DNA from: a virus
IMG/VR virus record: IMGVR_UViG_3300027754_003435
Strand: one strand, 5' to 3'
DNA: 64,000 bases
Part shown: positions 1-10,354 of the stretch, one piece after another
How positions within the stretch are numbered: the first letter of the stretch is position 1
Layout: every line of letters begins with the position of its first letter
Notes under the pieces: generated by a model
The model's input: the letters and a program-made list of their open reading frames with translations, nothing else
The model's database searches: none
What the model was told of the DNA's origin: nothing
Program-made: the position numbers and the translations under genes

Positions 1-1430
1 ATAGAATCTAACACATCCACTTTAATAGTTTCTTGTTCTTCAATAGCCATGTTATAACCTATAATTTCGTCAACGTTATAAGAATTTTCATCCTCTTCAA
101 TACCATCTAATAAACTAGCAGGCTTATCCCCTTCTTTCCCAAACTTACTAGGTTTTACATATTTATTAGTTTTTCTATTTTTTGCTTCTTCTTGATCCAC
201 TCCAGACGGTCCACCTGGATTTTCATTTACGAACGCTTGTTTACTTGGTAGTCTTTCTAAATCGGATAATAGAGTAGCTAACTGAGAATTAGCGACTGCA
301 AAGTCTCCTGAATTTACTGGTGTACCAGATGGTCCAACTCCAGTTGGGTGCGTTTGAACTTGAATAGCACTAATAACATTTTGTAATACAATACATAAAT
401 CTGCCAACCATTGTATAGTTCTATTACCCAATAGAATAGGAGAAACCGCATTTAAACCTAAACTTATTTTATTGGATTCCAATTCAACTACTTGTTTGCC
501 ATCTAATGAAATTCCTTTTTCAGAAGAAAATCCTATACCTTCCTTACTAAATCCAATTATCTCTTGTCTTTTTGCATTAAGAACAATTCTATCACTAGAA
601 ATAAGAACCTGATTTCCACCCAACTCATTTTTTTCGTATAATGAAACTTGTTTATTTTTTATAGATGGTGAATAGGTTGAACTTGGGGTAAATTTAAGAT
701 ATTGACCAGATGTTAACCATATTGATGCATCATCCACGTCTGGATTTTCTATAATAAATTCATTAAAAGGTGTAGACTTTGGATTTGTTCCATTTGAAAT
801 TATTAATATTGGATTTCCAGTTTCACCTAATCCTTTTTTCCAATGTGGTCTTTGTGGGTAGATTCTACGTTCATCTATTGTTGAACCAAACCGTATAGAT
901 TGACCCCACCTTCCTTCTATTATAATGTCACCAGAATAAGGTTGTATTGGATATACATCCAATCGTTCTGCAAACGCTTTATCTATTGTATTATCAACTG
1001 CTAATCTTGTTTTAACTTTATTTAAAATACCAACTCTTGATTCCTCTCTTGCCGTTGCATTATAAGGTTGTGTAGTAGTAAGATATGAAGTTGCACCAGG
1101 TAGTCCGTTATGATGAACAGAACTTTGTATTGATATTGGATTAGTGTAATAATATTCTTGTGATGTACCGATTGCACTATTATATGCAGTTGGTCCTTTC
1201 ATAAGCATTACTATTTCCCCAATAATAGGAATGTTTTTTATATTTGCATCAAGTGCCCTTGCTTGTACAACGTCGTATTGTGTTTGAGAACCGAATGCTC
1301 CAACAAATTTACACATTATAGAATATAACTTTTCTTTATTTTTTCCAGAAAAATCTACATCTACAACTTCAGCCGGAGTAATCTCATACTCAACTCCATT
1401 CAGAACTATTTTCTGTTGATCCAGTGCCAA
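1..1430 (-). CDS. Baseplate spike/hub protein (T4 gp5/VgrG-like), runs off the window edge
   Basis: Absent from the ORF track. Manual translation from TTG at 1430 gives MALDQQKIVLNGVEYEITPAEVVDVD...GDIIIEGRWGQSIRFGST...GGNQVLISSDRIVLNAK...QTHPTGVGPSGTP, open to base 1. The OB-fold start, beta-helix-like middle and THPxGxGPSGTP tip motif are typical of gp5-like spikes. Confidence 0.55.
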   Translation of the reverse strand, partial: MALDQQKIVLNGVEYEITPAEVVDVDFSGKNKEKLYSIMCKFVGAFGSQTQYDVVQARALDANIKNIPIIGEIVMLMKGPTAYNSAIGTSQEYYYTNPISIQSSVHHNGLPGATSYLTTTQPYNATAREESRVGILNKVKTRLAVDNTIDKAFAERLDVYPIQPYSGDIIIEGRWGQSIRFGSTIDERRIYPQRPHWKKGLGETGNPILIISNGTNPKSTPFNEFIIENPDVDDASIWLTSGQYLKFTPSSTYSPSIKNKQVSLYEKNELGGNQVLISSDRIVLNAKRQEIIGFSKEGIGFSSEKGISLDGKQVVELESNKISLGLNAVSPILLGNRTIQWLADLCIVLQNVISAIQVQTHPTGVGPSGTPVNSGDFAVANSQLATLLSDLERLPSKQAFVNENPGGPSGVDQEEAKNRKTNKYVKPSKFGKEGDKPASLLDGIEEDENSYNVDEIIGYNMAIEEQETIKVDVLDS

Positions 1431-1773
1431 TTTTGTTTTCCTCTTGTTCTACTTGAATGTCTTGAATTCCTTTTAATAAGGCTTCTTTTTCTTCATCGGT
1501 CAAGAATGAGGAAGATTCCTCTGTTTTATTACTTGTAGCACGTTGTATAACCGCTGCCAATTTAACTAAATGTTCATCATTCTTAACTGACACTTCCATT
1601 AAGTCTTTGATAGAAGGAACTAACATACCCGCATCACTTATATTTGTTATAAGTGGTTTTAGGTCTGCAATCAATAAATTTAATTGCCGTTCCTTTTTTT
1701 TCTGATTGTCATAAATGTCTTTCAACAAATCAGAAAACTTTTTATTTCCGAATAATTCTTGGTCAAAGCTCAT
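1390..1773 (-). CDS. Hypothetical helical protein
   Basis: ORF track 1390..1815; the more likely start is MSFDQ at 1773, directly after an ATATTTAT motif. Confidence 0.65.
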   Translation of the reverse strand: MSFDQELFGNKKFSDLLKDIYDNQKKKERQLNLLIADLKPLITNISDAGMLVPSIKDLMEVSVKNDEHLVKLAAVIQRATSNKTEESSSFLTDEEKEALLKGIQDIQVEQEENKIGTGSTENSSEWS

Positions 1774-1786
1774 ATTAATAAATATG

Positions 1787-2521
1787 TTAGTTGTTAATAA
1801 TGTCTTGTATATCATACCAAGACATATTTTCTATATTGTTTCCGTCTCTATATTCTTTATATAAACAAGAATAAATTATTTTTATTTTGTTCATAACATT
1901 TGTTATATATTGAGACTCCACACCAGTTCTTTCACGAATTAAAATATAAATTGCTTTTTTATTATAATTTTCTATAGTATCACGAGTTTTGAATAAATAT
2001 AAAATCGTATCAGCAACCTGTATATCTCTATTTTTAGAGAATAGAAGTGGTAAATATTTTTCAACCACAGAAACAAATAAATTTATAAAATCATTTTTCT
2101 CTTCTATTAAATCCGTTCTTATTTTTTCGTTTATAATATTCCGCTCAGTATCAATATTAACCATGTCCTGACTTCTTTTGAAATGATAATAATTTTTATT
2201 GTTTTCTGCAATTAAATAATTCTTAGCAACTATAGAAAAATAGGAAAAAGCTTTACCACTTTCTGCTTTATATTTATTAATTTTTTCATGTAAAAAAGTA
2301 ACAACTTCGTGTTTAACATCTTCATGTGAAACATCAAAATTATAAAACTTGAATCTGTGTATCATAATCTCTGCAAGTTTATAAAATGCAGGATGAATCT
2401 TTTTGGTATAAATTATATTACGTTGTATATTATCATCCGTAGTATTGTACTCAACAATTGCGTCTTCCGTTTCTTGAGTAAAGTACATAGTTTGTTTTAC
2501 TTTTGGTATAATCATACTCAA
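1787..2521 (-). CDS. Phage sigma factor, T4 gp55-like
   Basis: MYFTQETEDAIVEY start and the region-2-like segment KINKYKAESGKAFSYFSIVAKNYLI resemble gp55-type sigma factors. Confidence 0.55.
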   Translation of the reverse strand: MSMIIPKVKQTMYFTQETEDAIVEYNTTDDNIQRNIIYTKKIHPAFYKLAEIMIHRFKFYNFDVSHEDVKHEVVTFLHEKINKYKAESGKAFSYFSIVAKNYLIAENNKNYYHFKRSQDMVNIDTERNIINEKIRTDLIEEKNDFINLFVSVVEKYLPLLFSKNRDIQVADTILYLFKTRDTIENYNKKAIYILIRERTGVESQYITNVMNKIKIIYSCLYKEYRDGNNIENMSWYDIQDIINN

Positions 2522-2880
2522 TAATCCCTTTCAAATTTTGTATTAAATTTTTGTTTTTCAAGAATACTTGTTTTGTCATCGCCCATAGGTTCTTCACCGA
2601 AATAAACTGTAATATCATTTACAATATCTTTCATTTCTTTAAAGAAATAGCCAGTTTCGTCGTCTGCTTCAAACGAACCAATTCTATCTAATTGTCTTAA
2701 ATAAGATTGTTGAGATAGTATTCTAGTTTTCAATTCTATTAAAAATTTTTCATTTTTAAGTAATTCATCTACCGAATTTTCTGCCATCTCCTCCATCGTT
2801 TCAAATTTTTTTAAGAGATTCACATTTATGTAAATAGAAGCAATTAGTAATATAACGGTTATATAAAACAAAATAACCAT
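2518..2880 (-). CDS. Membrane-anchored hypothetical protein
   Basis: N-terminal hydrophobic helix followed by coiled coil; overlaps the next gene by 4 bp. Confidence 0.65.
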   Translation of the reverse strand: MVILFYITVILLIASIYINVNLLKKFETMEEMAENSVDELLKNEKFLIELKTRILSQQSYLRQLDRIGSFEADDETGYFFKEMKDIVNDITVYFGEEPMGDDKTSILEKQKFNTKFERDY

Positions 2881-2883
2881 AAC

Positions 2884-3540
2884 TTATCTCCTCGGATGTT
2901 TTGATTGAATAATTGTATCAATAACACCTAATTCCAATGCTTCTTTCGGTGAAATATAAAAATCTTTAATTGTAGTTGTTTTCCACCATTCAACGTCTTT
3001 TTTGGAATTTGTATGCATAATATCTAATAAAATGTCTTCTAACTTTTCCATATGCTGAACATTTGCCTTCATATCAGACGATTTACCGTAAATATCGGAG
3101 GACATTTCGTGGAACATTATTGTACTGTTTTTAGATGCTGCACGAACACCTGTACCGGCACATAAAATAAGAGCAGCGGCTGACATTGCGCATCCACGTA
3201 CAATTGTATTTACTTTAACATCTAAACTTTGAATGTAATCAATAATACCTAACGCTTCGTATACAGAACCGCCAGTTGAATTAATAACAAGGTTAATTGG
3301 TTCATCTTTTTTACTTTCTTCTCTCATATGTAAAACTGCTCTAATCCGAGTAATTAAATCATAAAGAGTACCATCCATAATTTCACCAAACAAAAGAACA
3401 CTTGAAGCATTTACGTCTATACCATAATCCATTTGAGTAGTTGCTTCTTTCCATCGTAAAGGAATATCTTCTTCTTGCTTTGCATTTTTTTCAATTTTAT
3501 TATTTTCTACACTAACTCCGTCATCATAAAAATCTTCCAT
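2884..3540 (-). CDS. clpP: ClpP-family protease
   Basis: INSTGGSV, AMSAAALIL (catalytic Ser), MFHE (His) and KDFYISPKEALELGVID motifs. Confidence 0.9.
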   Translation of the reverse strand: MEDFYDDGVSVENNKIEKNAKQEEDIPLRWKEATTQMDYGIDVNASSVLLFGEIMDGTLYDLITRIRAVLHMREESKKDEPINLVINSTGGSVYEALGIIDYIQSLDVKVNTIVRGCAMSAAALILCAGTGVRAASKNSTIMFHEMSSDIYGKSSDMKANVQHMEKLEDILLDIMHTNSKKDVEWWKTTTIKDFYISPKEALELGVIDTIIQSKHPRR

Positions 3541-3572
3541 ATAACTACTCCAGTATATATAATAATAATATT

Positions 3573-4601
3573 CTATAAAGAAATTCCTCTTCTATAAGAT
3601 TGAATTGGAGGTTCTCCATAGAATACATGCTGTTCATCTTTATTAACTTCAAAGATACTCATTTTTTCCTCATTTTCCAAGTCTTTTTTTTCTATAACCG
3701 TATCTATATCAACTACTTCCGTTATTTCTTCAGTTGGAACAGTTTCTATTTTGGAAACGGTTATGGCATCTGTTATTTGGGATTCTACGTTTATCCGTTC
3801 TTTTTCTTTATGTCTTAAATGATTTGCAGCAATTATTAAAGAAACCGCCAATGGGTCAAACACAGAAACAAGAACAAGTATAAACCAATTTGCAATTACG
3901 TCCATTGGTTTTCCTGTTAATCTACTCAAATAAAGTAATGGACCAATTTCAGAACTAAATGTTGAATTTTCCAATACTAATTTATCTTGTTCTAATAAAG
4001 CAACCGAATCTGATAAATTAATTGATTTCTGATTTAATTGAGAAATTTCGCCATTGAGTGTTTGTGTGGATTGATCAACTGATTGAATATTTTTTTGTAA
4101 ACCGCGAGTTCCTTGCTTCTGAGTTAATTGGGAATTCAATGAGTTTTCTTGTGAAAGTCTCAGTCTATCGTATGAGGAAATACGTTCAGTTTTTTGTTTA
4201 ACCAATGTATCTATTTGTGTTTTTTGTTCCGTAAATATTTTTTTCTTTTGTTCAAGAAGAGCAATTTTATTTTGTGTTTCATAAATAGATTTTGCTGTTT
4301 CTTGATACGAGTTGGTAAGATAACCATATACACCAACAGAAGTTAATATCATTAGTACCGCTGCGGATGACATTAAATAAAACTTAAATAAAAGTTTAAG
4401 TGTTTTGAAGTGTTCATGTAAAAATGTTATAACAACTAACTTGGAAAATTCAAGCATTGTAGCCATTCCTATGATTGACCATGAACCACCAGAAAATAAT
4501 TTGGATATTCCGTATATAGAATAATATCCAGAAAAAGATGCTAAACCTATTGCACAAAACCAGATAAGTGTCTGTAATGACAATAATTTGGATTTCATCA
4601 A
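3573..4601 (-). CDS. Multi-pass membrane protein with long coiled coil
   Basis: Three N-terminal TM helices, a long heptad region and a C-terminal TM (WFILVLVSVFDPLAVSL). Confidence 0.75.
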   Translation of the reverse strand: MMKSKLLSLQTLIWFCAIGLASFSGYYSIYGISKLFSGGSWSIIGMATMLEFSKLVVITFLHEHFKTLKLLFKFYLMSSAAVLMILTSVGVYGYLTNSYQETAKSIYETQNKIALLEQKKKIFTEQKTQIDTLVKQKTERISSYDRLRLSQENSLNSQLTQKQGTRGLQKNIQSVDQSTQTLNGEISQLNQKSINLSDSVALLEQDKLVLENSTFSSEIGPLLYLSRLTGKPMDVIANWFILVLVSVFDPLAVSLIIAANHLRHKEKERINVESQITDAITVSKIETVPTEEITEVVDIDTVIEKKDLENEEKMSIFEVNKDEQHVFYGEPPIQSYRRGISL

Positions 4602-4608
4602 ATTCTCA

Positions 4609-5397
4609 CTATGGTTCTAAATTTCTCATTAAACCAATAAGTTCTTCACTTATTGATAAATTTGTAAGATACGCAACACCTTCTTTTTGCATAAGTTGTA
4701 TTAATTTTTTACCAACTTGATTTTGCAATGGACTTTCCAATATACTTTTACCTTTTCTAAAAAGTTGAAGCATCAAATCAGAATATTCTTCTGAATCAGA
4801 ACTGTATGATTTGTTATTATCAACTACATGAAAGTGTTGATTTCCAAAATAGCTTTGGAAAGCACCAATGTTATGTTGAACTTCTTCCCATTTCTTTGCT
4901 ACTATCATTGGTGGTACTTTTCTTGGACGCATTTGATTTCTTTGTTGAGCTATATCTAATGAAGTATTTACCATTACCATGTCAACATCATATCCCAATG
5001 AATGTAACATACTTGAAACTCTCTGAATTTTAGGTAAATCTGCACCAGTTCCATCGATAAAAACAGGTAAACAACCGTTAACTATCTGAAAAAACTGATT
5101 TGAAGCCATTAATTTTGCTTTTTCTCTCTGAAACATCTGTGTAGAATATATATCAGAACCAGGGTCCATTATCAATGGAAGATTGTTTTTTTTCAATAAA
5201 AACTCGTAAAAAGTGTCAGAATTAACTACTTTTACCCCAAATGGACTGATTCCACCCGCTGTTGTACCTGTTAAAACCCCCAATACGAATCCTTTACCAG
5301 ATCCAGGTCCACCGCCAAGAAACACTGCTTTGAATATGTTCTTGTCATGCACACTTTCTTTTAGTATACCTTCTATTATTTTTTTTAGCTTAATCAT
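4609..5397 (-). CDS. P-loop kinase (zeta-toxin/PNK-like) with N-terminal MIKL tag
   Basis: Walker A GGPGSGKG, VNSD, FIDGTG and the lid motif RNQMRPR; starts MIKLKKIIEGILKE. Confidence 0.75.
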   Translation of the reverse strand: MIKLKKIIEGILKESVHDKNIFKAVFLGGGPGSGKGFVLGVLTGTTAGGISPFGVKVVNSDTFYEFLLKKNNLPLIMDPGSDIYSTQMFQREKAKLMASNQFFQIVNGCLPVFIDGTGADLPKIQRVSSMLHSLGYDVDMVMVNTSLDIAQQRNQMRPRKVPPMIVAKKWEEVQHNIGAFQSYFGNQHFHVVDNNKSYSSDSEEYSDLMLQLFRKGKSILESPLQNQVGKKLIQLMQKEGVAYLTNLSISEELIGLMRNLEP

Positions 5398-5442
5398 AGC
5401 TCTACCGATTGTTTTAGAATATTACGAATAAATATAAAAATT

Positions 5443-6333
5443 TTACTTTTTAATCATTTTTAGAAGTGTCAACTCTTTCTGTTTTGTCTCTAACATAACA
5501 TCAATATCTAACCCATACGTGTTTGGTAATGTATGTATATAGTCTGAATGTGCTTGTGGTTTTATCTTATCGTCATTCTCATGAAGTGCTTTACTTTCTG
5601 AGTAGTGTACAACAGGTTTTACAGTACCCCACGTCGATGTGGCGAGTCTTAATGCATCTTCCTCTGATAAGTCACCCGTACAGAATGTATGGTGGTGGTA
5701 ATCGAATACAATAGGAATACCGATGGTGTTATGAATCTGCGTTAAGTCTTTAACGGAATACATACTTGCTTTATCATCGTTCTCTACTGTTAGTCTTAAT
5801 TTAACAGAATCAGATAACATATCGAATTTACGGCAGAAGCGTTCCATAGTTGTTACTTTGTCACCGTATGTGCCGTTACAATGTATGTTAATTTTGTTGA
5901 ACGGTGTTTTAGATAAATTCATTAAATCAAATATTTTACCATGTGTTTCTAAATCAATAATAGTTCTTCTAACTACATCGTCATTTGGAGAACCTAACAC
6001 ATTGAATGGACCAGGATGGCAAGTGATACGTATATTGTTTTCTTGTACGAATTTACCGATACGTTGAAGTACAATACGGATTAAATGAATTTGCGGTAAA
6101 GTTTCTAAGTCATACTCAGAAGCCCAAGGAAAAATATCAGATGAAACACGAAAGAAATAAATACCGTTCTTTACGTTCCACTTGAGAATCTTTTCTAAAT
6201 CAACAACATTTTTATATGCAAGTTCAGAAGCATAACTTACACCTTTAGTTAAAAAAGTTTTTTTAATCATAGAACGATTAGTGGTAATTTTTTCTTTACC
6301 CAATGTCATGTTAATACAAGCGTAGCCAAGCAT
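5443..6333 (-). CDS. uvsE: UV DNA damage endonuclease
   Basis: MLGYACIN, FFRVSSDIFPW, CHPGPFNVLGSP, INIH, VENDD and FDYHHH motifs. Confidence 0.95.
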   Translation of the reverse strand: MLGYACINMTLGKEKITTNRSMIKKTFLTKGVSYASELAYKNVVDLEKILKWNVKNGIYFFRVSSDIFPWASEYDLETLPQIHLIRIVLQRIGKFVQENNIRITCHPGPFNVLGSPNDDVVRRTIIDLETHGKIFDLMNLSKTPFNKINIHCNGTYGDKVTTMERFCRKFDMLSDSVKLRLTVENDDKASMYSVKDLTQIHNTIGIPIVFDYHHHTFCTGDLSEEDALRLATSTWGTVKPVVHYSESKALHENDDKIKPQAHSDYIHTLPNTYGLDIDVMLETKQKELTLLKMIKK

Positions 6334-6377
6334 AAAAAATCCGTATAAAGTTTTAATACAACAAGATACGGATTTTA

Positions 6378-6746
6378 TTAGAATTTTGCTATTGCTAATA
6401 TGGTTTGAATTTGTCTATCACCACTTGAATTAAATCTTGAGTCTGGAACTTTATCAGCAGTTTTCTTACTTAATACATTTATATTACTAATCCGATCAAC
6501 CCTAAGTAATTTCCAACCAGGAATCTGTGTTGTTGTTTTTCCAGTTGTTTGCCATACTCGTAAATATTTTTTACCATTGGTTAACCCAAAACAAACAGGA
6601 ATAATTCCAGTTCGCCAACCAGGTGAGTTTTCTCTATCACCCTTATAATAAAGTGCTAATATTTTTTTATCATTAACAGCATTAACCAAAACAGAATCTT
6701 GAGGAGCTGCTTCAGTAAGTAGTAATATTTCGGTTAAACTTATCAT
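6378..6746 (-). CDS. WYL-like domain protein with N-terminal tag
   Basis: YYKG...WRTGIIPVCFG...YLRVWQ...WKLLRVDRISNI fits the WYL fold; probable start MISLTEILLLTE at 6746. Confidence 0.6.
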   Translation of the reverse strand: MISLTEILLLTEAAPQDSVLVNAVNDKKILALYYKGDRENSPGWRTGIIPVCFGLTNGKKYLRVWQTTGKTTTQIPGWKLLRVDRISNINVLSKKTADKVPDSRFNSSGDRQIQTILAIAKF

Positions 6747-6834
6747 AACCATAAATATATAAAAATAAAAAACCCCCAACCAAAGTTGGAGGTTATTTAG
6801 GGTATCATCCCTTTTCCCATTCCGTAGGAATTTT

Positions 6835-7386
6835 TTATGATTTTTTTCGTTCACATGGTAGTTGGCCAGTTAACTTCCATTTATTAAAAATTACCAATTG
6901 TTCTTCAGTAAGTAAACCTTCAATCAAAGAAAGTGTTGTTTCATTGCATTTTTTCATATTAACTTGAAATGTAAGTTGTGTTTCTTTAGCAAGTTTACCA
7001 TATTCTTTTCTAATGGATTCAACTTGCTGACGTACTAAGGAATCTTTTTCTAAACCTTTGTATTGAGCCAACTTTTCTGCTTGTTGTTTTCTCAATGATT
7101 CCATTGTTGTTTTTAATTTTAACTTACATTCTTTTTCACAAGTACGAGCTTCTGATAAAATAAATTTAATTTTATTCATTTGCTCTTGTGAAAGATTCAA
7201 GCAAGGTAAAACTGCTTCTAACGGAACTCTTTTTTGCATTCCAATCGAATCTTTTTTTATTGAATCACGTAAATCAATCGGTGTTCTTTTTTCAAATGCA
7301 GTTGTATCTTCAACTTTTGTTAATTGTTCTTGACAACCAACAACCAATAATAAACTTAAAACCAAAATCTTCATATAGTTTTTCAT
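6835..7386 (-). CDS. Spy/CpxP-like helical lipoprotein
   Basis: Lipobox LLVVGC and two LTXXQ-like motifs (LNLSQEQ, LLTEEQ). Confidence 0.6.
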   Translation of the reverse strand: MKNYMKILVLSLLLVVGCQEQLTKVEDTTAFEKRTPIDLRDSIKKDSIGMQKRVPLEAVLPCLNLSQEQMNKIKFILSEARTCEKECKLKLKTTMESLRKQQAEKLAQYKGLEKDSLVRQQVESIRKEYGKLAKETQLTFQVNMKKCNETTLSLIEGLLTEEQLVIFNKWKLTGQLPCERKKS

Positions 7387-7409
7387 AACTACTTCCTTTA
7401 AATAAAAAA

Positions 7410-8036
7410 TTAAAAATCAATTGCTGGATTTCCACTCATACTACCTGAGTATGTACTCGTATGCACTAAACGAATTGCAAGTCCCATCCCAAATGGTGTA
7501 TTTATCTTAACAACATTATCGTTTGACCAATATAAACGAGTTGCAACTGCCGCTGCTGCTGAAGCTGTTGTTGCTGTCCAAAAATTTGCACTCCAACCAA
7601 AATCGTATTGTTCTGCATTTTCTTTCATATAACCATTTGGATTTCCACAAAAGTTACTTTCATTACTACCATTACCAGAACGTTTATTAAGAGTTGACCA
7701 ATTAATATTATTTTTTAATAAATTACCGGCTGCTTGTTGACCACCTTCTGCAGTAATCAATGTGTTCCAATCACTTTCAGTTGGAACTCTAAATCCTGTT
7801 GGAGCAATTGCTGCATGTGAACCAGATACGGCATACCAATTATACAATTTTCCGTATTCTTCTTCCATACCTTCGTCGAAATCATAGTAACACCAACCAG
7901 GTGTACCATTTTGAGAATATGCTTCCCATTGTTCTGAACTAGAAACTTCTGCGATGGCTGTGCCATCTTGAAAAGATTCTACTGCAAGATTTTCTTTAAA
8001 CCAATATTGTGAACCTATTTGAACAATAGCCATCAA
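7410..8036 (-). CDS. FISUMP (Fibrobacter succinogenes major paralogous) domain protein
   Basis: QYWFKENL, YGKLYNWYAV, APTGFRVPTESDWNTL, FWTAT and GLAIRLV motifs. Confidence 0.85.
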   Translation of the reverse strand: MMAIVQIGSQYWFKENLAVESFQDGTAIAEVSSSEQWEAYSQNGTPGWCYYDFDEGMEEEYGKLYNWYAVSGSHAAIAPTGFRVPTESDWNTLITAEGGQQAAGNLLKNNINWSTLNKRSGNGSNESNFCGNPNGYMKENAEQYDFGWSANFWTATTASAAAAVATRLYWSNDNVVKINTPFGMGLAIRLVHTSTYSGSMSGNPAIDF

Positions 8037-8107
8037 ATTCTCCTAACAATTTTAATAATCATGTATTATCTATAATAAATATAAATATAACCGCAATAAC
8101 CAAAAAA

Positions 8108-8371
8108 CTATTTTGTTCTTGTACTTCTTGTCTTTTTTGGTGGAGATGTAATTGTTTTTATATTATGATCTTTAGAAAGTTTTTTTACATTTTTTCTTTC
8201 TATTTCATCAGAATGATGAACTAATGCAGAAATAATTACTTTTTTATCAGTCAACTCTTCTAAAACAGAAATAAATTTACTTCTATAATATAACCAAACA
8301 CCAATAACCCCAACTAAAAATGGTATTACCGAATTAACGATAATCATTAAAATTGAATTTCCATCTAACAT
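8108..8371 (-). CDS. Small membrane protein
   Basis: N-terminal TM helix and basic tail. Confidence 0.6.
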   Translation of the reverse strand: MLDGNSILMIIVNSVIPFLVGVIGVWLYYRSKFISVLEELTDKKVIISALVHHSDEIERKNVKKLSKDHNIKTITSPPKKTRSTRTK

Positions 8372-8376
8372 AACCT

Positions 8377-8913
8377 TTACTCCGTAGTACGTATATAAAA
8401 TATATAATTATTTTCTGAAATTTTTTTCACACACACATGATTATATAGTGATGTAAAATGTTGAAATAGATAAACCATACTATATCTGTAAACAGGTGTT
8501 GGAAACTCTTTTATAGAAAAAACAACATTTTTTGAAAATTTAAAACATTCTCTTATTATAGTGTCTATAAATTGATATTGTCTTTCACTATACAATGGTT
8601 TATCAAAAATACCAGTTATTATAGACCAATCATATTGATTATAATCATTATTATCTATAAATTCTTGTATTGATTCTTGGACATAACTCCAATTGTGAGT
8701 TTTTTCTAATGGTTCATTATCTACAAATATATTATGAATATCATCACTAATATCAACTGCTGTGTACTCAATATCCAATCCAAATTCATCAATTTTATTT
8801 ATAAAGTTTAATTCTTTATCGCATGCTCCAAAATGAACCACTCTCTCATTTTGGCCAATTCCACAATAAATAATTTCATCGGCTGTTCTAATTACGTTTG
8901 TTATTTGTTCCAT
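8377..8913 (-). CDS. Putative class I SAM-methyltransferase-fold protein
   Basis: VVHFGAC, YTAVDIS and YDWSIITGIFD align with degenerate MTase motifs I, II and IV. Confidence 0.45.
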   Translation of the reverse strand: MEQITNVIRTADEIIYCGIGQNERVVHFGACDKELNFINKIDEFGLDIEYTAVDISDDIHNIFVDNEPLEKTHNWSYVQESIQEFIDNNDYNQYDWSIITGIFDKPLYSERQYQFIDTIIRECFKFSKNVVFSIKEFPTPVYRYSMVYLFQHFTSLYNHVCVKKISENNYIFYIRTTE

Positions 8914-9542
8914 TTTAGCGCTTCCGAAATGTTAGGAAAATTTATAATAAATATGTCTTTAATGTCATTCGCAATAATTCTGTGTTCAAGTTGTGTATCT
9001 TCTGAACACCGTAGATCAAGATAGTGAATCCAACTACGAATAGAACCTTTCATATACATAGTTGTTTCAGTTGCTAGTGGAAGAACATCACGAGCAGTTT
9101 CTCGTGATACACCATCATCAATTAAGTATTGATATAGTTCTTTACTTTTTTCTAAATGGTTATCAACCATTTTACTTAAAGTAGAATCTAAAATAATTTC
9201 TTCTGAACTTTGTCTGTTTGTTTTTCCTTGTTTACGCAATTCAATTGGTTGAATGTCTGTTGCTGTTGAATATCTTTGAGAAAATTCTTGAAAAGAAAAA
9301 CTACGGTGGCGTAAAATTTGAGCTGCAATACTTCTGCGAGTAACTATCGAAACTGTCATGTCTACCATTTCAAAAGGCGACCAATGCTTATGCTTAATTA
9401 AATAACTTAGGAGTTTAGACGATGAATCCATATTCATCTGATTAGACGGATTACTAACTCTTGCACAATACGAAATCAATTCTTCTGCCGTTGTTAACCC
9501 ACTCATCGTTGGAAGAGTAATCGAAACTAATTTTACGGACAT
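8901..9542 (-). CDS. thyX: FAD-dependent thymidylate synthase
   Basis: HKHWSPFE, RHRSFSFQEFSQRY signature, ARDVLP and TQLEHR. Confidence 0.95.
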   Translation of the reverse strand: MSVKLVSITLPTMSGLTTAEELISYCARVSNPSNQMNMDSSSKLLSYLIKHKHWSPFEMVDMTVSIVTRRSIAAQILRHRSFSFQEFSQRYSTATDIQPIELRKQGKTNRQSSEEIILDSTLSKMVDNHLEKSKELYQYLIDDGVSRETARDVLPLATETTMYMKGSIRSWIHYLDLRCSEDTQLEHRIIANDIKDIFIINFPNISEALKWNK

Positions 9543-9545
9543 AAC

Positions 9546-10007
9546 TTATTTTTTACCTTTATCCTTCTTTATTTTTATCAATTTTATATAAATACCACTA
9601 GTGTCTTCGGATATAATTACCGAGTGATTTCCTGTGTATAATACAAGTGTTAACCACTTTAAAAATTTATTTATATCTGTACTAATTGGATCACTTAAAT
9701 TTTTATCATTTTCATTTTGTGTTTTTTTTTCATCAAATGAATCATAACTATCTTCTTCCGACCAATCTTCACTAAAATCTTCATCTTCATTATCATTATC
9801 ATTATCAAATGGTGATGACTTTTCATCTTTTGTTTTTTGTTTTATTTTTTCTACAATATCCTGTAGAATTAAAGAATCATATATTTGATTAAATCTATCA
9901 ATAAATTTATTTTTTTCTTTGATTGATATTTTTTCATCAGTTACACTCTTTAAATCAATCTGAAAATAATTTAGCATAGATTTAAGTTTACGTTCTTGCT
10001 TTGTCAT
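9546..10007 (-). CDS. Hypothetical protein with acidic linker
   Basis: ORF track; part of a tightly packed operon. Confidence 0.6.
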   Translation of the reverse strand: MTKQERKLKSMLNYFQIDLKSVTDEKISIKEKNKFIDRFNQIYDSLILQDIVEKIKQKTKDEKSSPFDNDNDNEDEDFSEDWSEEDSYDSFDEKKTQNENDKNLSDPISTDINKFLKWLTLVLYTGNHSVIISEDTSGIYIKLIKIKKDKGKK

Positions 10008-10263
10008 TATTTTGCCTTTTTATAGTGTCAATAACTTCAACATATTCATAATTACCATGTTGTATTTGTACCATGGAATATCGTTTCAGTTCGTTACAAA
10101 TTTTTTCGTTTGATCCATAATTACTTGCAATATTAAGCATTGTGTTTTTTAATGGACAATTTTGTTTAAATATAGTAATTGGTGTTCTGGAAATAAACCA
10201 CATACTTATAAAACCGATAATGAATGAAGTAACTAATTCCATTTTCATCTCCAATTTATACAA
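9988..10263 (-). CDS. Small membrane-anchored hypothetical protein
   Basis: N-terminal hydrophobic segment; overlaps the downstream gene. Confidence 0.55.
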   Translation of the reverse strand: MYKLEMKMELVTSFIIGFISMWFISRTPITIFKQNCPLKNTMLNIASNYGSNEKICNELKRYSMVQIQHGNYEYVEVIDTIKRQNNDKART

Positions 10264-10291
10264 AATTTCCTTTTCAATAAATAGAATACAA

Positions 10292-10339
10292 ACAAAAAAA
10301 CGAGAGAAAAATGGTCGGTATATTTAATATCTCTCGTTT
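10292..10339 (-). terminator. Intrinsic terminator with an unusually large loop
   Basis: Stem AAACGAGAGA/TCTCTCGTTT, about 23-nt loop, then a T-run on the minus strand. Confidence 0.65.
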
Positions 10340-10354
10340 ATGTATAACTGAAGA

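Noticed and set aside
2884-3540. ClpP as the protease that cleaves the LxE tags
   Set aside because: Nothing in the sequence links it to head maturation; a gp21-type protease may lie outside the window.
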